Source of the DNA: an uncultured Leucobacter sp.
GTDB taxonomy: Bacteria; Actinomycetota; Actinomycetes; Actinomycetales; Microbacteriaceae
Direction of reading: 5' to 3'
DNA length: 64,000 bases
Assembly: GCA_964547775.1 (NCBI GenBank)
Contig: CAZJOZ010000004.1
Span: forward strand, 4,286-68,285
Shown piece by piece: positions 1-11,742 of the stretch. Within the stretch, counting starts at the first letter, position 1. Each line of letters starts with the position of its first letter. Both the position numbers and the translations under genes were made by a program. The notes below the pieces were generated by a model. It did no database searches. It saw only the letters and a program-made list of their open reading frames with translations, and was not told the origin of the DNA.

Positions 1-52
1 GGCACTGCTCACGCCCCCCAATGCACTCCTACAGAAACGGTGCCTCGAGGAA

Positions 53-2308
53 TCACACCGCATTTACGCGGTATGCGTCATACACACCTTCGATGCGCCG
101 CACAGCATTGAGCACGTGATCAAGGTGAGTGGTGTTCGCCATTTCAAACACAAAACGGCTAATGGCAAGGCGAGTGCTCGAAGTAGACACCGATGCCGAC
201 AGAATGTTCACATGGTGCTCAGAGAGCGCTCGAGTGATGTCTGACAGAAGCCCCGAGCGATCAAGAGCTTCAACCTGGATATTGACGAGGAACACACTCT
301 TAGAGGTTGGCGCCCACTCCACATCAATTAGTCTCTCCTGCTGAGTGGAGAGTGCCTGGAAGTTCGCACAGTCAGTGCGATGCACCGACACTCCCTGACC
401 CTTGGTGATGAAACCACGAATCTCATCGCCTGGCACAGGCGTGCAACACTTTGCGAGCTTCACCAAGACGTCGCTTGCTCCGGTTACCACCACGCCCGTA
501 TGCGAGTCGTGCTTTCCGGTACGAGACGGAGCGCCAGCAATCAACGGAGAATCGTCAGACTCCGTCGTCGCAGATTCAGTCTCAAGCAAGGCGGTGATCT
601 TCTCAATCACAGACTGCGCGGAGACATGCCCTTCACCAATGCCTGCTAACAAGCCTGCGACGTCGACATAGCGCAATTGCAGCGCGACCTGCTGAATCGC
701 TTCAGAATTCATCAGTTGATGAAGCGGCAGATTTTGCTTTCTCAGCGCCTTCGTGAGTTCAGCCTTGCCAAGTTCCACCGCTTCTTCGCGTCGTTCCTTG
801 GTGAACCACTGTCGAATTTTGTTTTGAGCCCGCTTGCTCTTCACAAAGTTCAGCCAGTCGTGATTGGGCCCTGCATTCGGCGCTTTTGAAGTGAACACTT
901 CGACAACGTCACCGTTTTGCAACGCTGTCTCGAGTGGAACGAGGCGTCCGTTCACTCGGGCGCCCATGGTCTTGTGACCGACCTCGGTGTGCACCGCATA
1001 CGCAAAATCGACGGGCGTGCCACCCTCTGGAAGGCCGATAACCCGACCCTTCGGAGTGAACACATAGACTTCTTTCGCACCGATTTCGAAGCGTAAGGCA
1101 TCAAGAAATTCGCTGGGGTCTTCCGTCTCCGCCTGCCAGTCGCTGATGTGGGCTAGCCACGCCATGTCGTTGGAGGTTGCCGCTCCTGAACCGCCCTGTT
1201 TGTACTTCCAGTGAGCAGCAACACCGTACTCAGCACGCTGATGCATTTCGTATGTGCGGATCTGGATTTCGACAGCGCGACCGTCGGGGCCTATGACGGT
1301 GGTGTGCAGTGACTGATAGAGATTAAACTTTGGGGTCGCAATGTAGTCTTTGAACCGGCCCGGAATAGGTGTCCATCTGGCATGCACCGCGCCGAGTACA
1401 CCGTAGCAGTCACGAATAGAGTGCACGAGCACTCTGATCCCGACAAGATCATAGATGTCGTCAAAATCGCGTCCTCGAACCACCATCTTCTGGTAAATCG
1501 AGTACAACTCCTTCGGACGTCCGGTTACCTCACCCCGAATCTTCGCTTCCCTCAGGTCACTCTCAATTGAGCGAATCACGACGCTGACGAGTTCTTCACG
1601 CATCGGGTTGCGCTGCGAAACGAGGTTCTCAATCTCGGCGTAAAGTTTCGGCTTGAGGACTGCAAACGAAAGATCCTCAAGCTCTGTCTTCATCGACTGA
1701 ATACCTAGCCGATGCGCGAGAGGTGCGTATATTTCCAATGTCTCTTGCGCTTTGCGCCTCGCAGATTCAGCCGCGACAAATCCCCACGTTCGGGCATTGT
1801 GTAACCGGTCGGCGAGTTTAATCACCAGGACACGAATGTCTTTCGACATCGCGACAACCATTTTTCGCACGGTTTCTGCCTGCGCGGAGTCTCCGTACTT
1901 CACTTTGTCGAGCTTGGTCACGCCATCGACCAACATTGCTATTTCGTCACCGAAGTCAGCTCGCAACTGTTCGAGAGAGTAGTCGGTATCCTCGACGGTG
2001 TCGTGCAGGAGCGCCGCCGCCACGGCGACCGGAGATACCCCGAGTTCAGCAAGAATCTGGGCGACCGCGATTGGGTGAGTAATATACGGCTCGCCGCTCC
2101 GACGTTTCTGTGAACGATGTGCGCGTTCAGCGACCGAATAAGCGCGTTCAATTACCGACAAGTCAGCCCGAGGCCAACTCGCCCTCACGGTACGAATAAG
2201 CTGATCAACCGCACCAGGAGACACGCTTCGCGAGAAGAGTCGCGGTACGAGACGCTTTCGCGCATGCGATGGTGAGACGTCGCTTCCTGCCACAACCACC
2301 TCCTGCAC
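53..2308 (-). CDS. relA: Bifunctional (p)ppGpp synthetase/hydrolase Rel (RelA/SpoT)
   Basis: HD hydrolase motif (LLHDTVED), RFKD synthetase motif, TGS (TPVDFAYAVHT) and C-terminal ACT domain. True start may be a few codons downstream. Confidence 0.97.
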   Translation of the reverse strand: MQEVVVAGSDVSPSHARKRLVPRLFSRSVSPGAVDQLIRTVRASWPRADLSVIERAYSVAERAHRSQKRRSGEPYITHPIAVAQILAELGVSPVAVAAALLHDTVEDTDYSLEQLRADFGDEIAMLVDGVTKLDKVKYGDSAQAETVRKMVVAMSKDIRVLVIKLADRLHNARTWGFVAAESARRKAQETLEIYAPLAHRLGIQSMKTELEDLSFAVLKPKLYAEIENLVSQRNPMREELVSVVIRSIESDLREAKIRGEVTGRPKELYSIYQKMVVRGRDFDDIYDLVGIRVLVHSIRDCYGVLGAVHARWTPIPGRFKDYIATPKFNLYQSLHTTVIGPDGRAVEIQIRTYEMHQRAEYGVAAHWKYKQGGSGAATSNDMAWLAHISDWQAETEDPSEFLDALRFEIGAKEVYVFTPKGRVIGLPEGGTPVDFAYAVHTEVGHKTMGARVNGRLVPLETALQNGDVVEVFTSKAPNAGPNHDWLNFVKSKRAQNKIRQWFTKERREEAVELGKAELTKALRKQNLPLHQLMNSEAIQQVALQLRYVDVAGLLAGIGEGHVSAQSVIEKITALLETESATTESDDSPLIAGAPSRTGKHDSHTGVVVTGASDVLVKLAKCCTPVPGDEIRGFITKGQGVSVHRTDCANFQALSTQQERLIDVEWAPTSKSVFLVNIQVEALDRSGLLSDITRALSEHHVNILSASVSTSSTRLAISRFVFEMANTTHLDHVLNAVRRIEGVYDAYRVNAV

Positions 2309-2367
2309 TCCGGTGATAGAACGCTACACCAATGCGCGCCTCAGTGACGAACTGAAGGCGGGCAGTG

Positions 2368-3408
2368 CTACGACTGAACCGATGCCCCCACCTCGGGTTC
2401 CGCCTCGTGACCTGCACCATCATTTCGAGCCCGAGCCTTCAACACACGCTCTTCCTGCTTCTGAATCGCTGGCTCATTCTGTCGCAACTGAACATACACC
2501 GGGGCAGCGATGAAGATCGTCGAGTAGGCACCGACGAGAATACCAATGAAGAGGGCGAGCGCAATGTCGCGTAGGGTGCCCGCGCCAAGTACAAAGGCAC
2601 CAATGAACAGAATCGACCCGACGGGGAGCAATGCGACGACGGAGGTGTTAATCGACCGGACCAGGGTTTGATTCACCGCAAGGTTGACGGATTCTGCGAA
2701 TGTGCGGCGATCGTTGAGTTCGCCAGGGGCTGTGTTCTCACGGATCTTGTCGAACACCACGACCGTATCGTACAGGGAGTAACCAAGAATGGTGAGGAAC
2801 CCAATCACTGCGGCGGGCGTGATCTCAAATCCGGAAATTCCGTAGATGCCAGCCGTAATGATGAGATCGTGGAATAGAGCGATAAGCGCGGCCAGCGACA
2901 TCTTCCACGTTCGGAAGTAGAGCGCCATCACCACTGCAGCGAAGGCGATAAAGACAACGAGGGCAACGAGGGCTTGTCTCGTGATGTCTTGCCCCCACAG
3001 AGCGCCGATGTATGACGCGGTCACTTCGGTTTCTGCGACTCCGTATGCTTCCGCAAGCGCAGCGTGCAACTCACGCGACTGGGTATCCTCGAGCTGCTCG
3101 GTTTGCACCCGAATATCTGTCTGACCAATCAGGGAGATACGGGGAGCTGAGCCGGGGAGTACCTCTTCAACTGTGGCGGCGGCGATTGCCTGGTCGCGCT
3201 CCCCATCAACCACGTGGACTTGAAATTGGCTTCCGCCGGTGAACTCGATGCCCAGGGTGAATCCCCCGCGCAAAAAGGGTCCCACGATCGAGATGATGAT
3301 GAGCACGAGGGAGATCGTGTACCAAGTCTTGCGGCGTCCAACAAAATTGATGGATTTCTCACCGGTATAGAGAGCGTTACCGAACTCGGCAAATGAACGG
3401 CGAGCCAT
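2368..3408 (-). CDS. secF: Protein translocase subunit SecF
   Basis: GIEFTGG, GYSLYDTVVVFDKIREN and QTLVRSINTS motifs. Start moved to ATG 3408, immediately after the secD stop. Confidence 0.96.
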   Translation of the reverse strand: MARRSFAEFGNALYTGEKSINFVGRRKTWYTISLVLIIISIVGPFLRGGFTLGIEFTGGSQFQVHVVDGERDQAIAAATVEEVLPGSAPRISLIGQTDIRVQTEQLEDTQSRELHAALAEAYGVAETEVTASYIGALWGQDITRQALVALVVFIAFAAVVMALYFRTWKMSLAALIALFHDLIITAGIYGISGFEITPAAVIGFLTILGYSLYDTVVVFDKIRENTAPGELNDRRTFAESVNLAVNQTLVRSINTSVVALLPVGSILFIGAFVLGAGTLRDIALALFIGILVGAYSTIFIAAPVYVQLRQNEPAIQKQEERVLKARARNDGAGHEAEPEVGASVQS

Positions 3409-3409
3409 A

Positions 3410-5218
3410 TTAGCTCTCCTTTCCGGTTGAAGCCATTTCGGCAGCCTTGCGTTCCGCGATCGTCTGTCGTTTGGCTGCCTCGCGCTGCGAGCCCTTATTC
3501 TTTTTCCCTGCCCCACGGCCGGTCACCACGGGTTCGCGGAAACGAGCGCGTCCTCGATACACCGCTCCGAGCCGCTGAGGGTCTAGCCCAGAGAGTGGAT
3601 GACCTTCGCTGTAGAAGCGAGTACGAGCGAGCAACGTCACCATCGGATGGGTAAACAACGCGACGACAATCACGTCAACGATGGTGGTGAGACCGAGGGT
3701 AAAGGCAAATCCCTGCACACTGCCGACGGCAAGGACAAACAGGATCGCTGCTGCGAGAAAGTTGATGCCGTCTGAGGCGAGCACGGTGCGGAACGCCTTC
3801 TTCCAGCCTTGCTCGACTGCACGGTCGAGACTGAAACCATCGCGCAGCGCATCCCTGATCCGTTCGAAATAGACGATAAACGAGTCAGCGGTGAAGCCAA
3901 CCGCGACGATGATGCCCGCGATACCAGCCAGTGAGAGACGATATCCCTGACGCCAGGAAAACAGGGTGAGCAAGAGATACGTCAGCACCCCGGCAATTGC
4001 CAGGGAGAGAATCGTAACCGACCCGAGTGCTCGGTACTGGATGAGTGAATAGATCACCACAAGCAACAGACCGATCAGTCCGGCAATCAGCCCCGCTGAC
4101 AGCTGGTTGGTCCCCAAGGTCGCCGAAATATCTTCCTGGCTTTGGACCGTGAACCCGATGGGTAGGGCACCAAACTTCAGCTGATTTGCGAGTACCTGCG
4201 CTGATTCCTGCGTAAATGAACCACTGATAGAGGGCCGTCCGTCGAGAATCAAACCGTTCATGGTAGGAGCAGAGATCACCGTGCTGTCAAGCACAAAAGC
4301 AAACATGTTTGCCGGCTCAGGCTGACCGTACATGCGGGTGCTGATCTCACCAAAGGTCTTCGTGCCTGACTTATCGAGCGTAATCTGCACGACCCATTGA
4401 CCGGTGGTTGCCCCTGTAGATGTCGTGCCAATCTGGGCGACCGCGTCGGTGATTGTCTCACCACCCATCTCGACCGGCCCCAAGATGTACTTATAGAGGC
4501 CGAACTCGTCACAGGTAATCAGTGGCCGATCTGTCGGAGCCTCGCTGAGCCCCAGCGTCTCTTCCGCGCTGCAAGTGAACTGATCATACTCAGCGAAGAG
4601 CGCTTCCGTCACCCATGCAGGATCATACGCAGTCTCCGGCAGCGGGCTTGGATAAAGATCACCCGTGTCACTTTCAGACGCGGCGAGCACATCTTCATCC
4701 TCCGCTGTCCCGTCCGCAGCAGCGTCGGCCTCGCTTTCAATTGCGTCAGTCTGACCCTCGGCACCATCTTCAGCACCGTCATCCCCCACGGCGCTGGTGG
4801 GATCCTGCGGTGTTGATCCGTTGTTCGCGCCAAAGAACAGCACCGGTCGGAAGTCAAGTTTTGCTGATGCTTCGATTCGTTGAAGCGTCGCCTCGTCTGC
4901 CTTGCCAGGTATCGACACTGAGATGTTTTGTGTTCCAACAGTGGTGATCTCGGCTTCACTCACGCCTGACGCATCGACACGCTGCCGAATAATCTCTACC
5001 GCTTGTTGGAGCTGCTCCCCGCTTACCGACTGCCCATCACTCAATTTCGGAGCGAGGACGATCTGCGTCCCACCTTGAAGATCAAGCGCCAACTTCGGCG
5101 TCCAGGTGGCATCCCCTCGCCACACCCCGAGAGCAATGAGTCCGGTAATTCCGACGATCAAGACAAGCAATGCAACGAGTGAACGGCGCGCTCGTCTGAT
5201 GGCAGGTGCCTGAGCCAC
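3410..5218 (-). CDS. secD: Protein translocase subunit SecD
   Basis: LALDLQGG, DSFIVYFERIRD motifs and six C-terminal TM segments; adjacent to secF. Confidence 0.96.
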   Translation of the reverse strand: MAQAPAIRRARRSLVALLVLIVGITGLIALGVWRGDATWTPKLALDLQGGTQIVLAPKLSDGQSVSGEQLQQAVEIIRQRVDASGVSEAEITTVGTQNISVSIPGKADEATLQRIEASAKLDFRPVLFFGANNGSTPQDPTSAVGDDGAEDGAEGQTDAIESEADAAADGTAEDEDVLAASESDTGDLYPSPLPETAYDPAWVTEALFAEYDQFTCSAEETLGLSEAPTDRPLITCDEFGLYKYILGPVEMGGETITDAVAQIGTTSTGATTGQWVVQITLDKSGTKTFGEISTRMYGQPEPANMFAFVLDSTVISAPTMNGLILDGRPSISGSFTQESAQVLANQLKFGALPIGFTVQSQEDISATLGTNQLSAGLIAGLIGLLLVVIYSLIQYRALGSVTILSLAIAGVLTYLLLTLFSWRQGYRLSLAGIAGIIVAVGFTADSFIVYFERIRDALRDGFSLDRAVEQGWKKAFRTVLASDGINFLAAAILFVLAVGSVQGFAFTLGLTTIVDVIVVALFTHPMVTLLARTRFYSEGHPLSGLDPQRLGAVYRGRARFREPVVTGRGAGKKNKGSQREAAKRQTIAERKAAEMASTGKES

Positions 5219-5293
5219 AGTGTACTTCCTAACTCCATCCCATGGGGTGCATGGGTGACCTTTCAGTGTTCGGAGTACATCCGAACACCTTTC

Positions 5294-5692
5294 CTACGCC
5301 TTCGGGCGATCGTCCCCGTCAGTCTCGTTTGAATCGGTTCCGCCGAACTCCCGGGAGGAGGAATCACCCGGAAGATGTTCGCCGAACGATGGGTCGTCAT
5401 CAGGAGCAACATCATGAGACTCTTCAACGGTGGCTACCGGCGTCACAATTTGACCGACTGCGTTACGGTGCACCACAATCGTGGATTCACCGGTGCGAAG
5501 GCTAATGCGATTCTCTTCGTCATCGACAGAAACAACCGTGCCGAAAATTCCGGATTGAAGCATCACTTCAGCGCCGGGCTGCAAGTTGTTTTGCATCTCC
5601 TGAGCGGCCTGCTGACGCTTCTTTCCGTTGCGGAACATGAAAAAAATCAACACGGCAATCAGGCCGAACATAATGAGTGAAAGCGGATCCAC
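5294..5692 (-). CDS. yajC: Preprotein translocase subunit YajC
   Basis: N-terminal TM, LQPGAEVMLQSGIFGTV motif, position upstream of secD. Confidence 0.93.
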   Translation of the reverse strand: MDPLSLIMFGLIAVLIFFMFRNGKKRQQAAQEMQNNLQPGAEVMLQSGIFGTVVSVDDEENRISLRTGESTIVVHRNAVGQIVTPVATVEESHDVAPDDDPSFGEHLPGDSSSREFGGTDSNETDGDDRPKA

Positions 5693-5749
5693 GGGTGTCC
5701 TTTCGGTGGCAGGATCAAATTGACGCTTATCACGTCAAACTATTCAAGA

Positions 5750-6748
5750 CTACATGACGTCCGGCAGAGGAACGCCGGTGTATTCCCAGCCACGTCTGGT
5801 TGCAATGCGTCCCCGCGGAGTTCGACTGAGGAGCCCGGCCCTCACAAGAAATGGCTCAACCACTGCTTCAATAGTTTCTGCTTCCTCACCCACTGAGACT
5901 GCGAGCGTCGAGAGACCCACCGGTCCGCCTGCGAAGCGCTCGACAACGGCGTGAAGCACTTCCCGATCCAAGCGATCTAATCCGAATGCGTCGATATCGT
6001 ACAGCGCAAGCGCAGACTGTACTGAGGCAAGATTCGCTGGTATGTCATGCACGAGACTGTAATCGCGGACTCGTCTGAGCAGTCGGTTCGCAATACGGGG
6101 TGTGCCTCGCGAGCGACTCGCGATCTCACTGACTCCTTCATGGTCGATGTCGACCTCAAGAAGCCGCGCCGCACGTGCAACGACGTCAACCAACTCTGAG
6201 TCATCATAAAATTCAAGATGAGCAGTGAAGCCGAAACGGTCACGTAATGGATTCGGCAGGAGCCCGGCCCGCGTGGTCGCACCAACCAGGGTAAATGGAG
6301 CGAGCTCCAGCGGAATGGATGTCGCTCCAGCCCCCTTCCCGACCATAATGTCAATCTTGAAATCTTCCATTGCGAGGTAGAGCATCTCTTCGGCGCTTCT
6401 CGCCATGCGATGAATTTCGTCAATGAAAAGCACTTCACCCGGGGTCAGCGCAGAGAGTACCGCGGCGAGATCTCCCGCATGCTGTATTGCGGGCCCCGAG
6501 GTCTGATGAAGGGGCTTATCAAGCTCAGCAGCGACAATCATCGAAAGCGTGGTCTTGCCGAGACCGGGAGGACCAGCAAGCAAGATATGGTCTGGAGTGC
6601 GCTGCTGCATCATGGCTGCATCGAGAAGGAGCCGAAGCTGACTCCGAACCTTCGACTGCCCGACGAATTCCTCAAGGGTAGACGGGCGAAGCGCACCCTC
6701 ATACCCCAATTCGCTCGGGCTCGCCTGTGGCGAGAGTTCTCGACTCAT
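5750..6748 (-). CDS. ruvB: Holliday junction branch migration helicase RuvB
   Basis: [12 protein letters not shown], Walker [32 protein letters not shown]. Confidence 0.98.
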   Translation of the reverse strand: MSRELSPQASPSELGYEGALRPSTLEEFVGQSKVRSQLRLLLDAAMMQQRTPDHILLAGPPGLGKTTLSMIVAAELDKPLHQTSGPAIQHAGDLAAVLSALTPGEVLFIDEIHRMARSAEEMLYLAMEDFKIDIMVGKGAGATSIPLELAPFTLVGATTRAGLLPNPLRDRFGFTAHLEFYDDSELVDVVARAARLLEVDIDHEGVSEIASRSRGTPRIANRLLRRVRDYSLVHDIPANLASVQSALALYDIDAFGLDRLDREVLHAVVERFAGGPVGLSTLAVSVGEEAETIEAVVEPFLVRAGLLSRTPRGRIATRRGWEYTGVPLPDVM

Positions 6749-7389
6749 GCTCTTCCCTCGCGATCGAGTGATGACGAAGCGCTACGACGAGACACTTGGA
6801 GCAAGGAAAGAGCCGCTCGCAGCAGGCTCGCCTCTTCAAGATCAGCTCCTGCCAGACGGGCATCGGTCACAGCAGTCTCCGCTGCGACAGTCGGGTACCC
6901 CAATCCGGTGAGGCCTTCAATCACCGTCGCCACCACTGAGCGTTCTTCGTCATCACGAGAACTCTTCACCGGTGACTCGTGAGCAAATAGCGCCGGGTCG
7001 AGCTTGCCCGCAAGTTGTACCGCGATGAGCTTTGCCGTCTTCGGCCCGATACCGGCAGCTCGACGAAATGGCTTGTCGTCTTCGTGTGCCACCGCCCTCG
7101 CAATCTCAGCGGGTGAAAGCTCAGACAGCACACCAAGAGCGCTCTTCGGACCCACCCCCGACACACCGAGCAAGAGCCCGAACATATCCAGTTCTTCGGT
7201 GCTTGCAAACCCAAAGAGCGTCAGGGCATCTTCCCTCACAACGAGATGGGTGTGCAGTGCGACGGTGTTGCCCACGTGAGCGACCTCTCCCCGCTCGGGT
7301 ACTTCTACCCGCAAGCCAACACCGCCAACACCCACGACGAGCCAGCCCACCCCGCGTGCGAGCACTTCGCCTCGAATCGATGCAATCAC
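6745..7389 (-). CDS. ruvA: Holliday junction branch migration protein RuvA
   Basis: [18 protein letters not shown], HhH motif [10 protein letters not shown]; 4-nt overlap with ruvB. Confidence 0.96.
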   Translation of the reverse strand: MIASIRGEVLARGVGWLVVGVGGVGLRVEVPERGEVAHVGNTVALHTHLVVREDALTLFGFASTEELDMFGLLLGVSGVGPKSALGVLSELSPAEIARAVAHEDDKPFRRAAGIGPKTAKLIAVQLAGKLDPALFAHESPVKSSRDDEERSVVATVIEGLTGLGYPTVAAETAVTDARLAGADLEEASLLRAALSLLQVSRRSASSSLDREGRA

Positions 7390-7486
7390 GTGTTCACCTT
7401 AGACGCAGGGCTGGGGCTCCCCTGGCTCGCCACGCCGCTTATTCGAACAAAGTTACGAACCCCTTGGCTCGTTCCACCGGCGCAGG

Positions 7487-9271
<1,785 letters not shown>

Positions 9272-9323
9272 TCACATTTTTGCTCAGCCAACGCAAACAC
9301 CGCGACGAGTGAGGCCTGAGATG

Positions 9324-9368
9324 TTAGGACTCGTCGCGGCAGCTAAGGAGAAGCGAGCCGAACAGCAT
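9324..9368 (-). promoter_or_regulatory. leuA leader peptide (MLFGSLLLSCRDES*) of an actinobacterial LEU element
   Basis: Hand-translated 14-codon ORF with an LLL run. Its 3' end overlaps one arm of an 11-bp perfect inverted repeat (9300-9310 / 9329-9339), about 70 nt upstream of leuA. Confidence 0.85.
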
Positions 9369-9449
9369 GCCATCATCATAACACCATGACACACATGCAG
9401 GTTTGTCGTCATTGACGACCCGAGTGGTTGTCACCCAAGACTCAATCCG

Positions 9450-9830
9450 TCACAGTCGGCGGTAGCGAGCCTGTCCGAAACCCAGCACAAAGAACCCGAT
9501 GATTGGGAAGATCAAGAGCCACAGTAGAGAGAAGAGCACTCCCTTGCCGAATCGTTCACCAATTCGGAGGGCTACGAAAATTGCGAGGATGATATTCGCG
9601 ATCGGAATGAGATAGACCAGCACTAGCCAGCCCGAGTAGCCAGCAATTTTGAGGAGCAAGATGGTGTTGACGATCGGGATCCAGGCGAGGATTCCGGGGT
9701 ATCCCGCCTTTGAAAACACTTTCCATAGCGCGATTGCGCTCAGGATATAAATCGCAATTGCCGCGAGAATGTATGCGGTCGAGAACTGAGCTGCCAGCAG
9801 TTGGTTCGCATCGGTAGGAATTTCATTCAT
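9450..9830 (-). CDS. Small membrane protein, DUF5684-like
   Basis: ALWKVFSKAGYPG..AWIPIVN and final FFVLGFGQARY pattern typical of this family. ATG 9830 chosen because the track start overlaps era. Confidence 0.75.
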   Translation of the reverse strand: MNEIPTDANQLLAAQFSTAYILAAIAIYILSAIALWKVFSKAGYPGILAWIPIVNTILLLKIAGYSGWLVLVYLIPIANIILAIFVALRIGERFGKGVLFSLLWLLIFPIIGFFVLGFGQARYRRL

Positions 9831-9886
9831 GTGTCGAGCATATTCCAGCCGGTCCTGCTCAGTGAGTGTTACCTTTTGTCTGCAGT

Positions 9887-10810
9887 TCAGAAACCGAGTC
9901 GCCCGAGAGCTTTCGGATCTCGCTGCCAATCTTTCAGCACCTTGACACGTAACGAGAGATATACCCTCCGTCTCAGGAGTTTCTCAATCTCCTTGCGCGC
10001 CTGCTCACCAATCTCCCTCAGGCGTGAACCACCTTTTCCGATAATGATCCCCTTTTGGCTATCACGCTCAACGTAAATCGAGGCATAGATTTCCAGGAGC
10101 CCCGGGGAATCACCATCCGGCTCTCGCTCGACACGGTCGTCAACACTTGCGGCGAGTGAATGAGGAAGCTCCTCTCGCGCACCTTCGAGCGTTGCCTCCC
10201 GAATGAGCTCGGCTATTCGATCGTCTTCGCGCTCATCAGTCGTCGTTTCCGTCGCGTACAGCGGAGGTGACTCTGGCATGAGGTCGAGGAGTACCTCGCA
10301 CAGCACATCCAGCTGCTCTTCGGTTACTGCAGAGAGCGGGACGACCGCGTCCCACTCACGGAGTGCACCAAGTTGAGTGAGCTGTTCAATGATTTCCGAA
10401 CGGCTCGCCCGGTCAACCTGTGTCAAAATCGCAATCTTCCTCGCGCGTGGAAAATCGTCCAAGCGATCATTAATGTAGCGGTCGCCCGGGCCGATTTTCT
10501 CATGCGCAGGAACACAAAAACCGATGACATCAACATCACCCAGCGTGGTTTCCACCAGCGCATTGAGGCGTTCGCCGAGCAATGTTCTTGGCCGGTGAAT
10601 TCCGGGGGTGTCAACGATGATGATCTGCCCGCCATCCCGATGCACGATGCCACGAATCACTCGTCTCGTCGTTTGGGGCTTTGAGCTGGTGATTGCGATC
10701 TTCTCGCCGACCAAGGCATTCGTCAGGGTCGACTTGCCAACATTTGGTCGACCCACAAAGCTCACAAAGCCCGCTCGATGCGACGGCGAAAGGTCAGGTG
10801 CTTCACTCAT
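9887..10810 (-). CDS. era: GTPase Era
   Basis: GRPNVGKSTL, SSKPQTTR, DTPG, and KH domain (SQKGIIIGKGG). Confidence 0.97.
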   Translation of the reverse strand: MSEAPDLSPSHRAGFVSFVGRPNVGKSTLTNALVGEKIAITSSKPQTTRRVIRGIVHRDGGQIIIVDTPGIHRPRTLLGERLNALVETTLGDVDVIGFCVPAHEKIGPGDRYINDRLDDFPRARKIAILTQVDRASRSEIIEQLTQLGALREWDAVVPLSAVTEEQLDVLCEVLLDLMPESPPLYATETTTDEREDDRIAELIREATLEGAREELPHSLAASVDDRVEREPDGDSPGLLEIYASIYVERDSQKGIIIGKGGSRLREIGEQARKEIEKLLRRRVYLSLRVKVLKDWQRDPKALGRLGF

Positions 10811-11742
10811 TGGCGCTCCTCAGCGTTTCCATCGTCATGATGGTCAGCGGTCATCGCCGGCACCTCACCGGTGTGAGTACCCACCCACCGCGCCCTCACC
10901 GAGACCAAGCGTTGCCGTTTCCGCTCAGTTTCCATCGCGGTCAGTTCGATTCCCCGCACCAACACTGTGTCACCCACCTCTGCTAATCTCCCGAGCTCTT
11001 TGGCGACGAGGCCGCCGACGCTGTCAACTTCATCGTCTTCAAGCTCAATGCCAAAGATTTCACCTAAGCGATCGATGGGGAGACGAGCACTTATCGTAAA
11101 TGAACCATCTGCATTGGGTGCCGCTTCTGGAGCTTCTTTATCATGCTCGTCGCTGATGTCACCGAGGAGTTCTTCAACGAGGTCCTCAAGCGTCACCAGG
11201 CCAGAAATGCCGCCATATTCGTCTACGACCAGGGCAAGATGATTGGACTCGCGTTGCATTTGTCGGAGCAGGTCACTTGCATGTTGGAGTTCCGGCACAA
11301 ACATCGCCGGCTTCATAATTCGCCCGACTGACGAATGGTCGGCCTCCTCGGGTCGTCGAAACGTGAATGCACTCGCATCCCTCAGATACACAACCCCTTC
11401 GACGTCGTCGGCGTCGCCCGTCGCGACAACCGGAATACGAGAGTGACGGGTCTGCAACAGCACTTCAAGTGCGTCTCGCACACTCATATCAGCATCAACG
11501 GTGATCATGTCTGTCCGTGGAACCATGAGCTCCCGCACGAGAGTGTCACCAAATTCCACGAGCGAGCGAATGTAGTCGCGGTCATCATCTTCGATGAGCT
11601 CCTGCTCAACTGCTTGATCCACCAATGACAACAATTGCTCTTCATCGCGCACACGACCGCGCCCGAGCGACACTCGCGCAGAAATTCGCTTGGCCGTTTC
11701 CGCAAGCTTCGCCGCAAGAGTGACCGGAGAATCTTCGTTCAT
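10807..11742 (-). CDS. CBS-pair + CorC/HlyC domain protein (YbeX/CorC-like, no N-terminal TM domain)
   Basis: RELMVPRTDM, HSRIPV, VVDEYGGISGLVTLEDLVEELLGDISDEHD. Start overlaps the ybeY stop (ATGA). Confidence 0.9.
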   Translation of the reverse strand: MNEDSPVTLAAKLAETAKRISARVSLGRGRVRDEEQLLSLVDQAVEQELIEDDDRDYIRSLVEFGDTLVRELMVPRTDMITVDADMSVRDALEVLLQTRHSRIPVVATGDADDVEGVVYLRDASAFTFRRPEEADHSSVGRIMKPAMFVPELQHASDLLRQMQRESNHLALVVDEYGGISGLVTLEDLVEELLGDISDEHDKEAPEAAPNADGSFTISARLPIDRLGEIFGIELEDDEVDSVGGLVAKELGRLAEVGDTVLVRGIELTAMETERKRQRLVSVRARWVGTHTGEVPAMTADHHDDGNAEERQ

